From the NCBI RefSeq assembly GCF_963921235.1, contig NC_086104.1:4092001-4156000 (forward strand): DNA of 64,000 bases. Direction: 5' to 3'. The translations under genes and the position numbers were made by a program. Source of the DNA: Mobula hypostoma. Taxonomy: Eukaryota. How positions within the stretch are numbered: position 1 is the stretch's first letter; the number at the start of each line of letters is the position of its first letter. Below the pieces are notes generated by a model, which was given only the letters and a program-made list of their open reading frames with translations, ran no database searches and had not been told where the DNA came from. Below are positions 62,253 to 64,000 of this stretch, piece by piece.

Positions 62253-62984
62253 ACCACAGCGGGAATCGGTCTGTGTGACCTCGGCTGGGGGAGGAACCCT
62301 GGATGGATTTCTGCACAGACACGCTCATCAGACATGGAAAAGTTAAAAGGCCAGACATTCTACTCATTTGACGTGCGAGACAAGAATTTCACCAAAGACA
62401 ACATTTGCGATGTTTCTGACCCTGGTCGGTGGTTGAGATCAAGAGGGTGAATGTGATCAGAGCCCAGTTGTTGGAACAAAGAACAGTACAGCACTGGACT
62501 GGCCATTCCGCCCACAATACGGTGCTGATCTTGGTGACAATTTGTACTAAATGTCCTCCTCCTGTGTATCATCCATTTCCCTCCGTTCCCTTCAATGTCA
62601 TTTCGAACATCGGACTCAGAACAATATTGCACTGGAACAGACCCTTTGGACTTGCTGTGTCAAAATAGTTAAAATTCATAATCAAATGTCCAGTGAAACT
62701 GCTTATTTCTGCCCACCCAATGTCCATATCCCTCCACTTCCTGCCAATTCATGTCTCTATCCAGGGACCTCTTGAACGTCTCTGTCATATTTGTCTCCAC
62801 CACCGCCCCGGCAGTGAATTCCAGACTCTCCCCCTCTCTGTTTCAGAAACTTGCCCCTCGTATCTCCTTTGAAATTACCCTCTGTCACTTCCAACGCCTG
62901 TCCTCTGGGACGAGACATTTCACCGGTGGGGAAAAGACACTGGTATCTATCTGTGCCCCACATAATATTATCTATATTAATATA

Positions 62985-63281
62985 TCTGGGCACCATGGTT
63001 GGGTAGCGGTCAGCGCGATGCTATTTCAGCTTGTGACGTCAGAGTTCAGAGTTCAATCCCATCATCCTCTCTGAGGATTTTGTACGTCCACCCTGTGGAA
63101 TGTGTGGGTTTTCTCTGGGTGCCTCGGTTTCCTCCCACAGTCCAAAGACCTATCACAGAGGTTAATTGGTGATTGGGTTCGGGTTAAATCAGGTCTGTTG
63201 GTGGTTGCTGGTCTACACGGGTCAATGGGCCGGAAGGGCCGACTCCACACTCTACCTGTAAACAAACAAACAAACTTCTAA
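62985..63281 (+). mobile_element. tRNA-derived V-SINE (HE1-like)
   Basis: tRNA-like head, central GTGGGTTTTCTCTGGGTGCCTCGGTTTCCTCCCACAGTCCAAAGAC domain, CR1-like tail ending (aaac)n. Confidence 0.7.
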
Positions 63282-63403
63282 CAAACCCGAGATATGCAAT
63301 TCACCAGATCCAGGTCCCATCACGGGTCAGGTGGAGGAACTTAGCAGGCCAGGCAGCATCTGTGGATAAAAACACAATGTTTCGGGCTCGGATTTCTAGC
63401 ATC

Positions 63404-63804
63404 TGTCACAACCACGGATTCGGCAGCGCAGCAGATTCAGCAATTGCGTGTCAGCTTGTTATCATTTCATTGTGATAGTATTTAACTCCATTCATTCCAT
63501 CGCAGTTTTTGTCGAGATTTGAACATAGTTACGCTTCGCTATCTGCATTCCGCCTTGCCTGAGAAATTGGACTGTCGAGTCAACTGTCTCTGAAGACCAG
63601 CGATATTCCTTTAGCTCTTAGCTGTTCTTTTCAACCACAGTGTAGACTTCGTTTTCCATTTGAGAGTTTTAGTTAACGGCACGGTTTGGCCTAGTGTTGA
63701 CTGTTTCCTTTCCCTTTAACACTGTTCGCAATAAAGTCTGTGAAGTATCGACCTGCTTCAGTGTCTCTCACTCCGCACTTGGGCCATGTCCGAACCGGGT
63801 GACA
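63404..63804 (+). mobile_element. Solo LTR, 401 bp
   Basis: TGTCAC...GTGACA, perfect 5-bp TSD gcatc (63399-63403, 63805-63809), internal AATAAA. Confidence 0.88.
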
Positions 63805-64000
63805 GCATCTGCAGGTTTTCACCGTTTTATGGTTCAGGTGGAGCCCGTCCCAACAGAACAGCTCCCTCCTTCCCCAGTACTGGTGCCAGTTCTCCATGAA
63901 TTCAAACCCTCTTTCCTACACTATTCCCAGAGTCACGTATTTAACTCTCTAATCTTCTTCACCCTGTGCCAATTTGCACGTGGCTCAGCTAATAAACCAG

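Overview
Vertebrate genomic DNA, most likely a cartilaginous fish (inferred from the HE1-like V-SINE, the CR1 families and the gene type). Most of the window is layered transposon debris: CR1, Rex1/Babar, Penelope, L1/L2 scraps, hAT, Tc1/mariner, solo LTRs and two ERV relics. Hidden in it, on the + strand, is one spliceable immune-receptor gene spanning 17304-62252. Its parts are an ETS/PU.1-type promoter, a 49-nt leader exon, a 30.7-kb first intron, three antigen-receptor-like V exons with J-like G strands already joined (no RSS, no C1 exon found), an uncharged TM exon, and four cytoplasmic exons carrying a YENV motif and a complete ITAM (YMAL-x7-YGHL). The ITAM is split by a phase-0 intron at the same place as in CD3/CD79/FcRgamma/DAP12. 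V3 is destroyed by a splice-acceptor deletion, a frameshift and a Penelope insertion. Because all Ig exons are phase 1-1, skipping V3 leaves an intact 1059-nt frame (352 aa, L-V-V-TM-ITAM). V1 and V3 differ in hypervariable-like patches between identical blocks. The exons were found and joined by eye; expression, orthology and novelty need database and RNA checks.
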